Shown here one piece after another: positions 1 through 9,917 of a stretch of 59,872 nucleotides of DNA. The notes below the pieces were generated by a model. It saw only the letters and a list, made by a program, of their open reading frames with translations. It was not told the origin of the DNA and ran no database searches. The stretch's first letter is position 1. Every line of letters begins with the position of its first letter. The position numbers and the translations under genes are program-made. This stretch comes from a virus. Taxonomy: Duplodnaviria; Caudoviricetes. The stretch lies in the IMG/VR virus record IMGVR_UViG_3300024231_000697, positions 1 to 59,872 of that record. The stretch is one strand, 5' to 3'.

Positions 1-978
1 GAATCATATTCACCAGGTGATGAAATGGAAGATGGCGTAGTAAGTAATTGCTGTGGCGCTCAATTAATGGACTACAATGATGGACATGGTAGATGTTCAG
101 ATTGTAAAGAAATGGCAGCTGGCGAACGTGATGAAGAATACTACGAATCAGTTAACCCAGATAACTTAACAGAAGGTGTACTAGACGGCGATGATGAAGA
201 TGGATTCATGGCACGTAGTCAACTATACTTCATGGCACAAGATGCAATTAAACTACATGGAATAATTGGTGATAGAGATAATTTAGCACCATGGGTACAA
301 AGCAAGATAGCGCAAGCTAGCAAGGATATTGATGCAGTTAGTCGTTACACTGAATACAATGCCATGAAAGCTGAAATTGAACCACAAATGCAACCAGCTC
401 CAGAAATGGACGAAGCACAACAATTAAACGCATCAGACTATCATTGTGCTGATTGTGGCGACACAATGCACAACCCGACTACAAATTGTTCACATGATTC
501 ACATGATGAAACAGGTAGCTGGTGGAAAGATGAAAACGGCAACGGTGTTCCAGATTCATTAGAAGAAGCAATGGATCCAGCATCACCTGAACTAGTTGCA
601 ATCTTTGATAACCTAAAGCGTGGCGATAGAGTTAAAATTAAGCATGACAGTGCATTAGAAAAAGGTACTGATTATATCGAGTACGTAGTTAAAGCAAACA
701 ATGTTTTAAAGAATGGTGTTGGAAAAGCAACACTAGCAAGAGCAGATAGTCCAACAAGTGTTAAGCGTGTACTTTATAAACGCAACGGCAAAGTGACTAT
801 GGCTATTGGCGATATGGCTGCAACACTGGTTGACATTCAAGTTAGTGAAGGCAAGTACAGTACAGTTGCTGAAGAAACAAAATTTGATGATAAGCCAACA
901 AACAACAGTTTCCAAGACGTAGCTCAAGACTTATTTAAAAATGCATTAGCAAAAGCCAAACAAAAATCTAAAAAATAA
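1..978 (+). CDS. 5'-truncated modular protein, probable virion/head-internal protein with small Cys/His motifs
   Basis: Frame is open to the window edge (ESYSPGDEM...). Acidic modules are separated by LTE/LEE/VSE motifs; contains CC..CxxC, CxxC..C.H..H and DENGNGVPD motifs. Confidence 0.45.
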   Translation, partial: ESYSPGDEMEDGVVSNCCGAQLMDYNDGHGRCSDCKEMAAGERDEEYYESVNPDNLTEGVLDGDDEDGFMARSQLYFMAQDAIKLHGIIGDRDNLAPWVQSKIAQASKDIDAVSRYTEYNAMKAEIEPQMQPAPEMDEAQQLNASDYHCADCGDTMHNPTTNCSHDSHDETGSWWKDENGNGVPDSLEEAMDPASPELVAIFDNLKRGDRVKIKHDSALEKGTDYIEYVVKANNVLKNGVGKATLARADSPTSVKRVLYKRNGKVTMAIGDMAATLVDIQVSEGKYSTVAEETKFDDKPTNNSFQDVAQDLFKNALAKAKQKSKK

Positions 979-990
979 TAAGGAAATTCT

Positions 991-1722
991 ATGTCTCCTA
1001 TAGTGAAAAATATAACACAAACGTATAAAACATCACAGGGAGATATTGAAATATATGTACCAAAAGGTGCAAAACTATTAGTTAAAATATCTGGTGGAGC
1101 TGATAGTGCTATAGTATCTTATATGCTTGCCAAATATAGGCATGAAGTTGATAATACTATTAGCTTTATATTTGCAACGTCAGTTGCTGAGCCAAAAGCA
1201 TACCAAGCATTATTTGCAAGTCAAATAATAAAATGGATAAACCAGGTTTATCCGTTGGGAGAATATGAACACCGTACAAATAATAATCTTGGCGGTGATG
1301 ATTATGAGGTTGGTCAGGAAAGACTTACTAATCCAATTATGCTCCAAGTTGATCAAATGTGGACTGGAATAACATGCAATCCTCCTATGGAAGTTATGGA
1401 ACAAGAGAAACGTGTAAATGCAATCGTATCAGAACGCAATGTTCAAGTTGAACATGCTATAACACAAGACAAGCCTTTATCTGGTCCACATGGTGGCTTC
1501 TTGTTTAATGGACCGTTAATGAATACTGATAAAAAAGGTGTTGCAGAGCTTTACGATATACTTGGAGTAAGAGATACTCTATTTCCACTAACTAGAAGTT
1601 GTGAGCATCACACAAAGAACTTTACACATCATTGTGGAGAATGTTGGTTCTGTTGGGAACGAGAATGGGGTTTTGGTAAATTAGATGACTGGACAAGCAA
1701 AAGACGCAGTTTTGAAAAATAG
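991..1722 (+). CDS. QueC-like PP-loop ATPase (7-cyano-7-deazaguanine synthase-like)
   Basis: SGGADS PP-loop; C-terminal TRSC...CGECWFCWER Zn motif. Confidence 0.75.
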   Translation: MSPIVKNITQTYKTSQGDIEIYVPKGAKLLVKISGGADSAIVSYMLAKYRHEVDNTISFIFATSVAEPKAYQALFASQIIKWINQVYPLGEYEHRTNNNLGGDDYEVGQERLTNPIMLQVDQMWTGITCNPPMEVMEQEKRVNAIVSERNVQVEHAITQDKPLSGPHGGFLFNGPLMNTDKKGVAELYDILGVRDTLFPLTRSCEHHTKNFTHHCGECWFCWEREWGFGKLDDWTSKRRSFEK

Positions 1723-1736
1723 AAAAAGGATAGAAC

Positions 1737-2159
1737 ATGAAATATAATGACATATCAAATAAATTAGTAGAAGGCAAAAGCCCACATAAAAAAGGTACTA
1801 AAAAGTACAACGATCATATGGCAGCAATGCATGCAGAATCAAATGTAGAAGAAGGTACCGAAATGGGAAACATTGGAGACGTTAGTGTAAAGCAATTCGC
1901 AAGTAAAGACGGAATAGCAATACAGCTTACTGGCTCTAATGGTTATGTTCAACTTTCTAGAGAAGAAGCTGCACAACTAGCATCACGTTTAGCAAATTGG
2001 GCAGGATCAAGGATCATGGCTAGGCCAGGTGAATATGAAAGTGTACAATCTGAAACCACAGCAGGTGCAATAGGTAGCTCAATGGGCGGTGGCAATGGCT
2101 TTGCTAATGGCGGACCGGGTACAATGGCACGACCAATGACTCGGAAAAAGAAAAAATGA
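1737..2159 (+). CDS. Hypothetical protein, probable head-internal protein
   Basis: MKYNDISNKLVE start, further VEE/SE motifs, Gly-rich then basic C-terminus; AGGA RBS. Confidence 0.4.
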   Translation: MKYNDISNKLVEGKSPHKKGTKKYNDHMAAMHAESNVEEGTEMGNIGDVSVKQFASKDGIAIQLTGSNGYVQLSREEAAQLASRLANWAGSRIMARPGEYESVQSETTAGAIGSSMGGGNGFANGGPGTMARPMTRKKKK

Positions 2160-2953
2160 AATGGTTAGAAGACTATACTTGGGAAAATTATACAATCGTA
2201 GATGGTATTGAATTTCCATACACCGCTGATAAATGCAATATAGGCATTAAATTAAGTGGTGGTATTGATAGTGCAACTATTTTATATACATTAGCATGGC
2301 TACGTAAAGAGGGATATATTCATCCTGAAACTAATTTTATTCCGTTAGCTGGAGTAAATTATCACAGACCATACCAGAAGATGTATGGTGATAGAATTGT
2401 TAACACTATCAATCAGTTATTAGATACAACAATTCAATTGCCACTTGTTAGTTATGGTACTATTCTTAAAGATGTAGAAACAGCCACCCTTGAAATACAA
2501 GACCAGTTACTTAACGACGGGACTATGGATATTTGGTATGTTGGAGAATCAAAGTTTTTACCTCGTGATTATGTTAGTGGTACTAAATGGGCAGATGCAG
2601 TTACACCTGATACAGATCGTTTTAGTCCAGTTTCCTTTGCAGTATTGTTAGATGTTATGAATCCAGATAACACTTGGGCTGTTAATGATGATGACATGAA
2701 AACTAGAGCATGGGAAGCACCAGATAACACTATCTTCAATAGCCAACGTATTATACCATGGGCTAACATGCATAAAAAACATGTAAAGCAAGTAAGCGAT
2801 CATTTTGGAGTAACTGAAGAATTGTTAAATGTAACAAGAAGTTGTGAGTATAATCACGAGAATGGCACACCAATATCCTCACCTGAAATAGACTCTCACT
2901 GTGGAGCTTGTTATTGGTGTGTTGAGCGATTAGTTACATACGACCGATTATAA
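2156..2953 (+). CDS. Second QueC-like PP-loop ATPase
   Basis: SGGIDS; TRSC...HCGACYWCVER. Confidence 0.72.
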   Translation: MKWLEDYTWENYTIVDGIEFPYTADKCNIGIKLSGGIDSATILYTLAWLRKEGYIHPETNFIPLAGVNYHRPYQKMYGDRIVNTINQLLDTTIQLPLVSYGTILKDVETATLEIQDQLLNDGTMDIWYVGESKFLPRDYVSGTKWADAVTPDTDRFSPVSFAVLLDVMNPDNTWAVNDDDMKTRAWEAPDNTIFNSQRIIPWANMHKKHVKQVSDHFGVTEELLNVTRSCEYNHENGTPISSPEIDSHCGACYWCVERLVTYDRL

Positions 2954-2969
2954 TTTTATAGGAAATATT

Positions 2970-3167
2970 ATGGAAATGACAAGAAGAATTGCAGACCACA
3001 CTAGGGGTAGCTGCAATATATGTGGACATCCGAGCCATTGTGGATTGCCACGTTATGAAGAATTTCGCAATTATGCGTGTGACGGCAGCAACATTACTAA
3101 TATCAAAGTATGTAATGGTTGCTCATGCAAAGAATGCAGTAAGCCAGTTAAGAAGAAAACGGAATAA
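2970..3167 (+). CDS. Small Cys/His-rich metal-binding protein
   Basis: CxxCxHxxHC and CxxCxCxxC motifs; AGGA RBS. Confidence 0.6.
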   Translation: MEMTRRIADHTRGSCNICGHPSHCGLPRYEEFRNYACDGSNITNIKVCNGCSCKECSKPVKKKTE

Positions 3168-3171
3168 ACAA

Positions 3172-4014
3172 ATGTCAAATAATTTTAATTTTAGATTTCA
3201 TCCAGGGCATGTGAATGAACTATTGCAGTGTGGAGAGCGATCTGCAGAAAGCTGGTTCGAAGCAATGAACAATATGTTTCCAAAATACGATATTATTACA
3301 GAGCATCGTGTAGCAGGGTTTATTGCCCAAACAGCTCATGAATCTAACAAATATAATGCTCTTACTGAAAACTTAAACTATAGTGCTGCAGCATTAGATA
3401 AAATCTTTGGAAAGTATTTTAAACGAGCAGGACGAGACGCAAAACAATATCACAGACAGCCAGAGAAGATTGCAAATGTAATTTATGCAAATCGTATGGA
3501 TAACGGTGATACTGATAGTGGAGATGGCTGGCGCTTTAGAGGTGGCGGTATTCTACAATTAACAGGTCGTTACAATTATACTAAGTTTGGTAATAGTGTA
3601 GGATTGTCTGCTTTAGAAGCAACCAAGTATGTACGCACAAAGTTTGGTGCAATTGAGAGTGCTTGTTGGTTCTGGGAGTCAAATGATATTAATCGCTATT
3701 GTGATAATAATGATATTGTTGGAATGACTAAACGTATTAATGGTGGTACCATTGGACTAGAAGACAGAATACATCACTATGAGCATGCACTTGAAATACT
3801 TGGTGCACCAGTAGTTGAAAATGTAACACATAGAACACTTAAAATGGGCATGAGAGGTACTGATGTTTCTAAAATGCAAAGGGCTTTAGGTATACATGCT
3901 GATGGTGACTTTGGTCCTGGTACAGCAAAAGCAGTTAAACGTTGGCAAGCACAAAACGGTCTTACGGCAGATGGCATTGTTGGTAGACAGACATTATTAA
4001 GGCTATATAATTAA
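3172..4014 (+). CDS. Endolysin, GH19 (chitinase-like) catalytic domain plus C-terminal peptidoglycan-binding domain
   Basis: FIAQTAHES, ENLNYS, GDGWRFRGGGILQLTGRYNY, TKRINGG; C-terminal ADGDFGPGT...ADGIVG repeats. Start moved from 2989 to ATG 3172 to avoid overlap with the preceding ORF. Confidence 0.9.
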   Translation: MSNNFNFRFHPGHVNELLQCGERSAESWFEAMNNMFPKYDIITEHRVAGFIAQTAHESNKYNALTENLNYSAAALDKIFGKYFKRAGRDAKQYHRQPEKIANVIYANRMDNGDTDSGDGWRFRGGGILQLTGRYNYTKFGNSVGLSALEATKYVRTKFGAIESACWFWESNDINRYCDNNDIVGMTKRINGGTIGLEDRIHHYEHALEILGAPVVENVTHRTLKMGMRGTDVSKMQRALGIHADGDFGPGTAKAVKRWQAQNGLTADGIVGRQTLLRLYN

Positions 4015-4020
4015 TAAATA
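4013..4020 (+). promoter_or_regulatory. T4-late-like promoter (AATAAATA)
   Basis: Variant of TATAAATA at the gene boundary, upstream of AGGAG RBS of 4039. Confidence 0.4.
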
Positions 4021-4038
4021 CTGTATAGGAGATTTACA

Positions 4039-5412
4039 ATGAGAGCTGAAGAAATATTATTAGAGTCAAGGGGCGTAACAGCTAGACTACCAGGAGAAAC
4101 ATACGTTGCTGATGGTAATCCAAGTGACATATTAACAATACAAAGTATTGATGTTCTTCCATCAGAAGGACAAGGCTCTGCTTATGAATCATTAGAGGAC
4201 ATGTTAGCTGCTTTAGATGCAGCACTTCCACAAGGCGCAGTAAAAATTGAAGACAATGCAACTAATACTGGCACCAAAGCCGTATTAATAGCAACAGTAA
4301 AGCGTGAAAGCGATGGACAAATTCAGCACCATGTGAGATACATAAAAGGTATTCCTCCAACTGGTATACATACATTGTGGAAAACAATTAAAGGTTATAA
4401 ATTTTCAAAAGGTGCAGAACAAGAAAGTGTGCCTATTAAGCCAAGTGACTTAATTAAAGATGAAAATTATCGCAGTGCAGAGCAACTAGCTAATGATGTT
4501 GTAACAGGTACAAAGAAGTTAGTACAAGGTACTGGACATGATGAACTAGCCGTAGTAATGGAACAAGCAGTTAAAAATGCATTAGCAGGTACTAGCAATC
4601 CTATTCCAAATGCAGGTCAATATTTTAATGTATTACAAAAGTATGCAGGTGAGTATTTAGGACCAATTGCAATGATGAGTAATCCAAAGACTGTTGGTGG
4701 CGATACAGCTGAAATAATGAAAGCATTTGAAGTTAATAACTTTGCTGGATCAAGTTGTTCATTCCCACAAAACGTTTCAATGGAACTAATTGATAGTGTA
4801 ATAAAATTAGCGCAAGGTCCTGAAATACAAGTAAGTAGTAAAATTAGTACAAGTGGCGGTGCAGCAAGTAGCCTTAGTGGAGTATACAAACAAATGACTC
4901 CTAAGATATCTGCTGAATACCCTGCAGGATCAGAGATAATCCAAATACTTGCAACAGAGAGTTCAGTTAATGGCCCGCTTAAAGTAGCACTAAAACTTGG
5001 TATAATTGATCAAGCTGATATACAAGCTCTGGCTGATCTAGATAAAGCAAGTAAAAATATTGCTGATTTAAAAACACAACGTATGCAAGAACTAACACAA
5101 TCACAAGGTGTTGCAAAAGGTACACTAGAACGTCCAGACTATAGAGTATTTTATCATGCACTAACAGCAGTTATGAATCGAGTTATACCTCAAGTTAACC
5201 AATCTGATGAATTTAAAGCAGCAATGTTAGCAGTTTTAAACAATAACCAATATGTACAATTAGTTACCAAAGGTAAACAAGATAACAAAGGTAATGTAAC
5301 TATGGAATACTATACTAAGTTTCCAGCAGTATATGCAGGTGCTCCAGCACTTGTTAATAAAACATATTTTGCAACCGGACAAAAAGGACGCATAGGCTTT
5401 AAACTAAAATGA
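4039..5412 (+). CDS. Hypothetical virion-associated protein, possible PD-(D/E)xK nuclease fold
   Basis: MRAEEILLE N-terminus; LIDS...IQVSSK motif; late-type promoter. Confidence 0.4.
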   Translation: MRAEEILLESRGVTARLPGETYVADGNPSDILTIQSIDVLPSEGQGSAYESLEDMLAALDAALPQGAVKIEDNATNTGTKAVLIATVKRESDGQIQHHVRYIKGIPPTGIHTLWKTIKGYKFSKGAEQESVPIKPSDLIKDENYRSAEQLANDVVTGTKKLVQGTGHDELAVVMEQAVKNALAGTSNPIPNAGQYFNVLQKYAGEYLGPIAMMSNPKTVGGDTAEIMKAFEVNNFAGSSCSFPQNVSMELIDSVIKLAQGPEIQVSSKISTSGGAASSLSGVYKQMTPKISAEYPAGSEIIQILATESSVNGPLKVALKLGIIDQADIQALADLDKASKNIADLKTQRMQELTQSQGVAKGTLERPDYRVFYHALTAVMNRVIPQVNQSDEFKAAMLAVLNNNQYVQLVTKGKQDNKGNVTMEYYTKFPAVYAGAPALVNKTYFATGQKGRIGFKLK

Positions 5413-5690
5413 TCTGGGATACTATAGTAGACATGGCAACAAACAGATTATGGATCTGGACAGCACTAGCAGGAAGTATATTTGGCGCATTATTCATTTA
5501 CTGGATAAAAGACACATACATTGCTTTTTGGTCAATAAATAAATGGCAAGCCACATTAGACTTTTTAGTCAATCGTTGGGGCTGGAACTGGTTTAAACAT
5601 AATCCAGACGCATGGAAAGCAGCCAATCCAAAACTTACAAAAAAGATAGAAGAACTAGAAACTCGTATTAAAAAACTGGAAAATAAATGA
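5409..5690 (+). CDS. Small membrane protein
   Basis: One hydrophobic helix, coiled-coil-like C-terminus, overlapping coupled start. Confidence 0.6.
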   Translation: MIWDTIVDMATNRLWIWTALAGSIFGALFIYWIKDTYIAFWSINKWQATLDFLVNRWGWNWFKHNPDAWKAANPKLTKKIEELETRIKKLENK

Positions 5691-6562
5691 ACAAAGTATA
5701 CTTATTATGCACTCGAGCAGCAATTATGGCAAGTGCAGGAACTTATGTAATAAACTCTAGTCCAGACTTTTATGGCATAGTACATAATAATCTATGGATG
5801 GAAGAAACAAGTGAAGACTTTGGCTTAGCCAAAATCATTAACGATTGGTGGAATGTAAGTGACAAATTCAAAAATACTGGGTACAATGCAGATTTTAGAA
5901 ATAACAATACAATGGAAGAACAAGACTTGGTACGAGTATGTGAAGCCTGGAATAACATGGGTACTGGCAAGAATATATGCTTATTTACACATGCAACAAA
6001 TGTAGAGGACATTGTAGAGATTAGAAATAGACTTGATTTACCTATGGTTGTCATAACTACATCAATGGGACAGCATAGTGATAAGTTTATTGATCCTATA
6101 TTGCGGCGTGAATATAACCCGCTAATGAACGACTATGCTGGATTAGACGCTGCATGGGAGCATATATACAATCAATTAATCATACTAGATGAATTTTGGA
6201 AACGTCATGGCGACTTCAACATAACAATAAATGATTGGTTGAGTCATCCACAGGAGTTATATCACACCTTGGGCGTAGCATACAATCATAATGTTAATAA
6301 ATGGACCGAGCAATTTGTACTATGGAACAACGCAGAGGATTTAGAAATGACCAGTATAATGTATTCTAAAACAGATGCTTACAAAGTACAACTTCTTACT
6401 TATTTGTTTAATACATACAGTCAAGACATAGAAAATACTTCTGATAAAATAAAATTTGCTAATATTCTTATGGAAGTATATAAAGAGAATGATTGGTTTG
6501 AGTTTGATGAATTCATGGATGCTGCATTTAAAAAGTTAGGATATAACTTGACTTCTATATAA
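5687..6562 (+). CDS. Hypothetical protein, possibly degenerate sulfotransferase/P-loop fold
   Basis: YLLCTRAAIMASAGTYVINSSPD resembles the RSGSTxLxxLLNSHPD start of sulfotransferases. Confidence 0.35.
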   Translation: MNKVYLLCTRAAIMASAGTYVINSSPDFYGIVHNNLWMEETSEDFGLAKIINDWWNVSDKFKNTGYNADFRNNNTMEEQDLVRVCEAWNNMGTGKNICLFTHATNVEDIVEIRNRLDLPMVVITTSMGQHSDKFIDPILRREYNPLMNDYAGLDAAWEHIYNQLIILDEFWKRHGDFNITINDWLSHPQELYHTLGVAYNHNVNKWTEQFVLWNNAEDLEMTSIMYSKTDAYKVQLLTYLFNTYSQDIENTSDKIKFANILMEVYKENDWFEFDEFMDAAFKKLGYNLTSI

Positions 6563-6576
6563 GGACAGTGTATTAT
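6548..6576 (+). promoter_or_regulatory. Sigma70-type promoter
   Basis: TTGACT-17bp-TATTAT. Confidence 0.65.
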
Positions 6577-6602
6577 TAGTTATATTTTAATGGAGAATAC
6601 AC

Positions 6603-6857
6603 ATGTCAACTTACTCAAGCACAGACGTTAATAAACTAAAACAAATCGTACAAGAAGGTACGCACGTAATGGAAGAAGTGGAAACACTTAAAGAAGGCCT
6701 ACGTGATACAGTAAAAGCAATCTCAGAAGAACTAGGTATTAAACCATCAGTGCTAAACAAGGCGATTAGTATTGCACACAAAGCTAACTTTGGCGAGCAT
6801 AAAGATGCTTTTGATGAGCTAGAAAATATATTAGCAGTAATTGGACGTACAGAATAA
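6603..6857 (+). CDS. dsDNA-binding protein, T4 DsbA / GapR (DUF2312)-like
   Basis: 84 aa helical protein, LKQIVQE...EVETLKEGLRDTVKAISEELGIKPSVLNKAI pattern; GGAG RBS. Confidence 0.65.
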   Translation: MSTYSSTDVNKLKQIVQEGTHVMEEVETLKEGLRDTVKAISEELGIKPSVLNKAISIAHKANFGEHKDAFDELENILAVIGRTE

Positions 6858-7145
6858 ATGGTTACAGAAACTACCTATTGTGTATTAAATGTATGTTATA
6901 ACATGCATTGGAGTGATTGGGTAGGGCAAATAGGTGTCCTATTATTAATGACGGCGTTCTTCTGTTTGCAAACAGGAAAGATAGACGCTAAAGGATTAGT
7001 ATACAGTCTTGCAAATTTAGGTGTTGCAATCTTTTTAGGAATCAATTTATATTATAAACCAATACTTGCTAATATTATACTTGAGGCCTTCTGGGCAGTT
7101 ATGAGTATATACGGAATTATCCGATGGTATAAAGGAAGAAAATGA
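6858..7145 (+). CDS. Small three-helix membrane protein (CBU_0592-like)
   Basis: DWVGQIGV...LQTGKI...YSLANL...LEAFWAVMSIYG. Confidence 0.55.
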   Translation: MVTETTYCVLNVCYNMHWSDWVGQIGVLLLMTAFFCLQTGKIDAKGLVYSLANLGVAIFLGINLYYKPILANIILEAFWAVMSIYGIIRWYKGRK

Positions 7146-9820
7146 GTTACGTAGATGCATATTTAGATAGAGAGCGTGATATAATCCACGCAGTAGAGAG
7201 AGTAAACGGAAAGAGAGTATTTCGTGAATTTCCTGCAAAGTATGTATTATATTATCCAGATGCACGTGGCAAGTATACAAGTATATTTGGCGACAGCCTG
7301 ACACGAATAGTATGTAATAGTGGCAAAAAGTTTGCTACTGAGAAAAAGATAAATGCACACAAGACATTATTTGAGAGCGATACTAATCCAGTTTTTCGTT
7401 GTTTAGCAGAAAACTATGATCCCAATATTACTCCAGAACTTAATTTGTGTTTGTTTGATATTGAGACAGACTTTAATCCAGAGATAGGATATGCTCCTCC
7501 AGAAGATCCTTTTAACGCAGTTACAGCTATTGCACTTAACAATAGTTGGTTAGGCACCACAATATGTTTATCAATTAAGCCCAAAACATTAACTAAAGAT
7601 CAAGCGCAAGAAATATGCAATAAGTTTGAAGATACATTTTTGTTTGATACTGAAAAAGAAATGTTAGAAACATTCTTAGAGCTAATTGACGAGGCAGATA
7701 TCCTTAGTGGATGGAATAGTGAAGGCTTTGATATTCCATACTTAGTTAACAGAATTGCTCGTGTATTGAGTAAAAGTCACACTCGTAAGTTTTGTTTATG
7801 GGATAAAATGCCTAAGTCAAAAGCAGTATTAAAGTATGGCAAAGAAAATCCAACATTTGAACTAAGTGGACGTATACACCTAGATTACTTGGAATTGTAT
7901 CGTAAGTATACATATCATGAAATGCACAGTTATTCTCTAGATGCTATTGGTGAATATGAACTTGATGAACGTAAAGTTGAATACGAAGGCACACTAGATC
8001 AGTTGTACAACAATGATTATGAAAAGTTTCTTGCATATTCAAGACAAGATGTTGACCTACTTGTACGTTTGGATAAGAAGTTACAGTTTATTGATTTGTC
8101 AAATGTACTTGCACATTCTAATACAGTGTTGTTACAAACAACAATGGGTGCGGTTGCGCAAACAGACCAAGCTATTATTAACGAAGCACATGAACGAGGA
8201 CTTATTGTTCCTGATAAGAAACGTGGCGATGCGTTCCAGAAAGGTTATGAACGTAATGTTGCTGCGGCAGGCGCATATGTTGCGAATCCAGTAAAAGGAC
8301 TACATGAATGGATTGGCAGTATTGACCTTAACTCACTGTATCCTAGTATTATCCGTAGCGGTAACATGAGTACTGAAACTATTGTTGGACAAGTTCGACA
8401 TACAATTACTAGCCCAGGCATTGAAGAATACTTTTCCAAGTACAAAGATGGTCCAGTGCCTAAGTATTGGGAAGGTAAGTTTGCAACCGCAGAATATGAA
8501 TTGGTAATGGAACAAGACAAAGTAGAAGTGTTAAAGCTGGACTTTGAAGATGGAACTAGTCTTGATGCAACTGGTGCAGAGATATATGAGATTATCTTTA
8601 ACAGCGGGCAACCTTGGATTATTAGTGCTAATGGTACAATCTTTACATATGAGAAAAAAGGTGTTATTCCAGGCTTGCTAGAACGTTGGTATGCAGAACG
8701 TAAAGTACTACAAAAGAACGCACGTGATGCACGTGAAGAAGGTGGAGATAAATTTGACTATTGGGATAAGCGCCAGTTGGTTAAAAAGATTAACCTGAAC
8801 AGTTTGTATGGTGCGTTACTTAATCCTGGCAGTAGGTTTAATGACCCACGTTTGGGGCAGAGTACAACACTAACAGGCAGATGCATTGCCAAACACATGG
8901 CAGCAGAACTTAATCAGATACTTGCTGGCAAGTATGATCATTTGGGAGAAGCCATTGTATATGGTGATACTGACTCCACATACTTTAGTGCATATCCAAT
9001 TCTCAAAGATCAAATTGAAGCTGGAGAAGTTAACTGGAGTCGCGAAAATGTTATTGCGTATTATGATGCAGTGTGCGAGGAAGTGAACAAGACATTCCCA
9101 AGCTTTATGAACAGGGCGTTCCACACTACATTAGAACTAGGTGAAATTATTGCCGCAGGACGTGAAATGGTTGGCAGTTCTGGTATCTTTATTACTAAAA
9201 AGCGATATGCAATGTTAGTATTTGATGATGAAGGCAAGCGTGAAGATACAGATGGCAAAAAAGGCAAAATTAAAGCAATGGGGCTTGATCTAAAGCGTAG
9301 TGATACGCCAGCATTTATGCAGGAATTCCTCAAAGAAATACTATTAATGGTATTAACTTCAAAGCCTGAACGTGATGTTATTAATCGCATTATTGAATTC
9401 CGTACTGAGTTTAGAAAGAAGCCTGGTTGGGAAATGGGTACTCCTAAGCGTGTTAACAACTTGACAAATCACACAAAGATCTTTAAAAAGACAGGCAAGT
9501 GTGGTATTGGACACGCACTGGCAGCTATTAACTGGAATACACTACGTGAGCTAAATAGTGATGCACATAGTATGGAAATTACTGATGGTATGAAAACTAT
9601 TGTTTGTAAGTTAAAAACAAATCCAATGAATATGAAAAGTGTAGGTTGTCCTACTGATGAGAAACGTATTCCAGATTGGTATAAAGATTTACCTTTTGAT
9701 ACACAAGACATGGAACACTCAATTATTAGTAAAAAGATTGAAAACTTAATTGGCGTATTGAACTGGGATTTAGAATCAAGTGCGGCGAAAAATACATTTG
9801 CTGACTTGTTTGAATTTTAA
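7142..9820 (+). CDS. polB: Family B DNA polymerase (gp43-like)
   Basis: Exo motifs FDIET and GWNSEGFDIPY; pol motifs DLNSLYPS, KINLNSLYG, YGDTDS, KKRY; no intein seen. Confidence 0.97.
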   Translation: MSYVDAYLDRERDIIHAVERVNGKRVFREFPAKYVLYYPDARGKYTSIFGDSLTRIVCNSGKKFATEKKINAHKTLFESDTNPVFRCLAENYDPNITPELNLCLFDIETDFNPEIGYAPPEDPFNAVTAIALNNSWLGTTICLSIKPKTLTKDQAQEICNKFEDTFLFDTEKEMLETFLELIDEADILSGWNSEGFDIPYLVNRIARVLSKSHTRKFCLWDKMPKSKAVLKYGKENPTFELSGRIHLDYLELYRKYTYHEMHSYSLDAIGEYELDERKVEYEGTLDQLYNNDYEKFLAYSRQDVDLLVRLDKKLQFIDLSNVLAHSNTVLLQTTMGAVAQTDQAIINEAHERGLIVPDKKRGDAFQKGYERNVAAAGAYVANPVKGLHEWIGSIDLNSLYPSIIRSGNMSTETIVGQVRHTITSPGIEEYFSKYKDGPVPKYWEGKFATAEYELVMEQDKVEVLKLDFEDGTSLDATGAEIYEIIFNSGQPWIISANGTIFTYEKKGVIPGLLERWYAERKVLQKNARDAREEGGDKFDYWDKRQLVKKINLNSLYGALLNPGSRFNDPRLGQSTTLTGRCIAKHMAAELNQILAGKYDHLGEAIVYGDTDSTYFSAYPILKDQIEAGEVNWSRENVIAYYDAVCEEVNKTFPSFMNRAFHTTLELGEIIAAGREMVGSSGIFITKKRYAMLVFDDEGKREDTDGKKGKIKAMGLDLKRSDTPAFMQEFLKEILLMVLTSKPERDVINRIIEFRTEFRKKPGWEMGTPKRVNNLTNHTKIFKKTGKCGIGHALAAINWNTLRELNSDAHSMEITDGMKTIVCKLKTNPMNMKSVGCPTDEKRIPDWYKDLPFDTQDMEHSIISKKIENLIGVLNWDLESSAAKNTFADLFEF

Positions 9821-9821
9821 C

Positions 9822-9850
9822 TTGACAGTATAGCTAATCTGTGTTACTAT
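9822..9850 (+). promoter_or_regulatory. Sigma70-type promoter with extended -10
   Basis: TTGACA-17bp-TACTAT, TG upstream of -10. Confidence 0.7.
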
Positions 9851-9917
9851 TATGTGTTGCATGTAATTACATGCACCGGGCCACATAAGTCCGCAAACAT
9901 ACAAAGGGAGAAAATTT

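Noticed and set aside
2989-3171. N-terminal extension of the endolysin in the ORF track
   Set aside because: Overlaps the RBS-supported Cys-rich ORF; ATG 3172 gives a normal GH19 start
7142-9820. Intein or intron in PolB (also checked thyA at 38636-39526)
   Set aside because: Both ORFs are continuous, of ordinary length, with motifs at normal spacing
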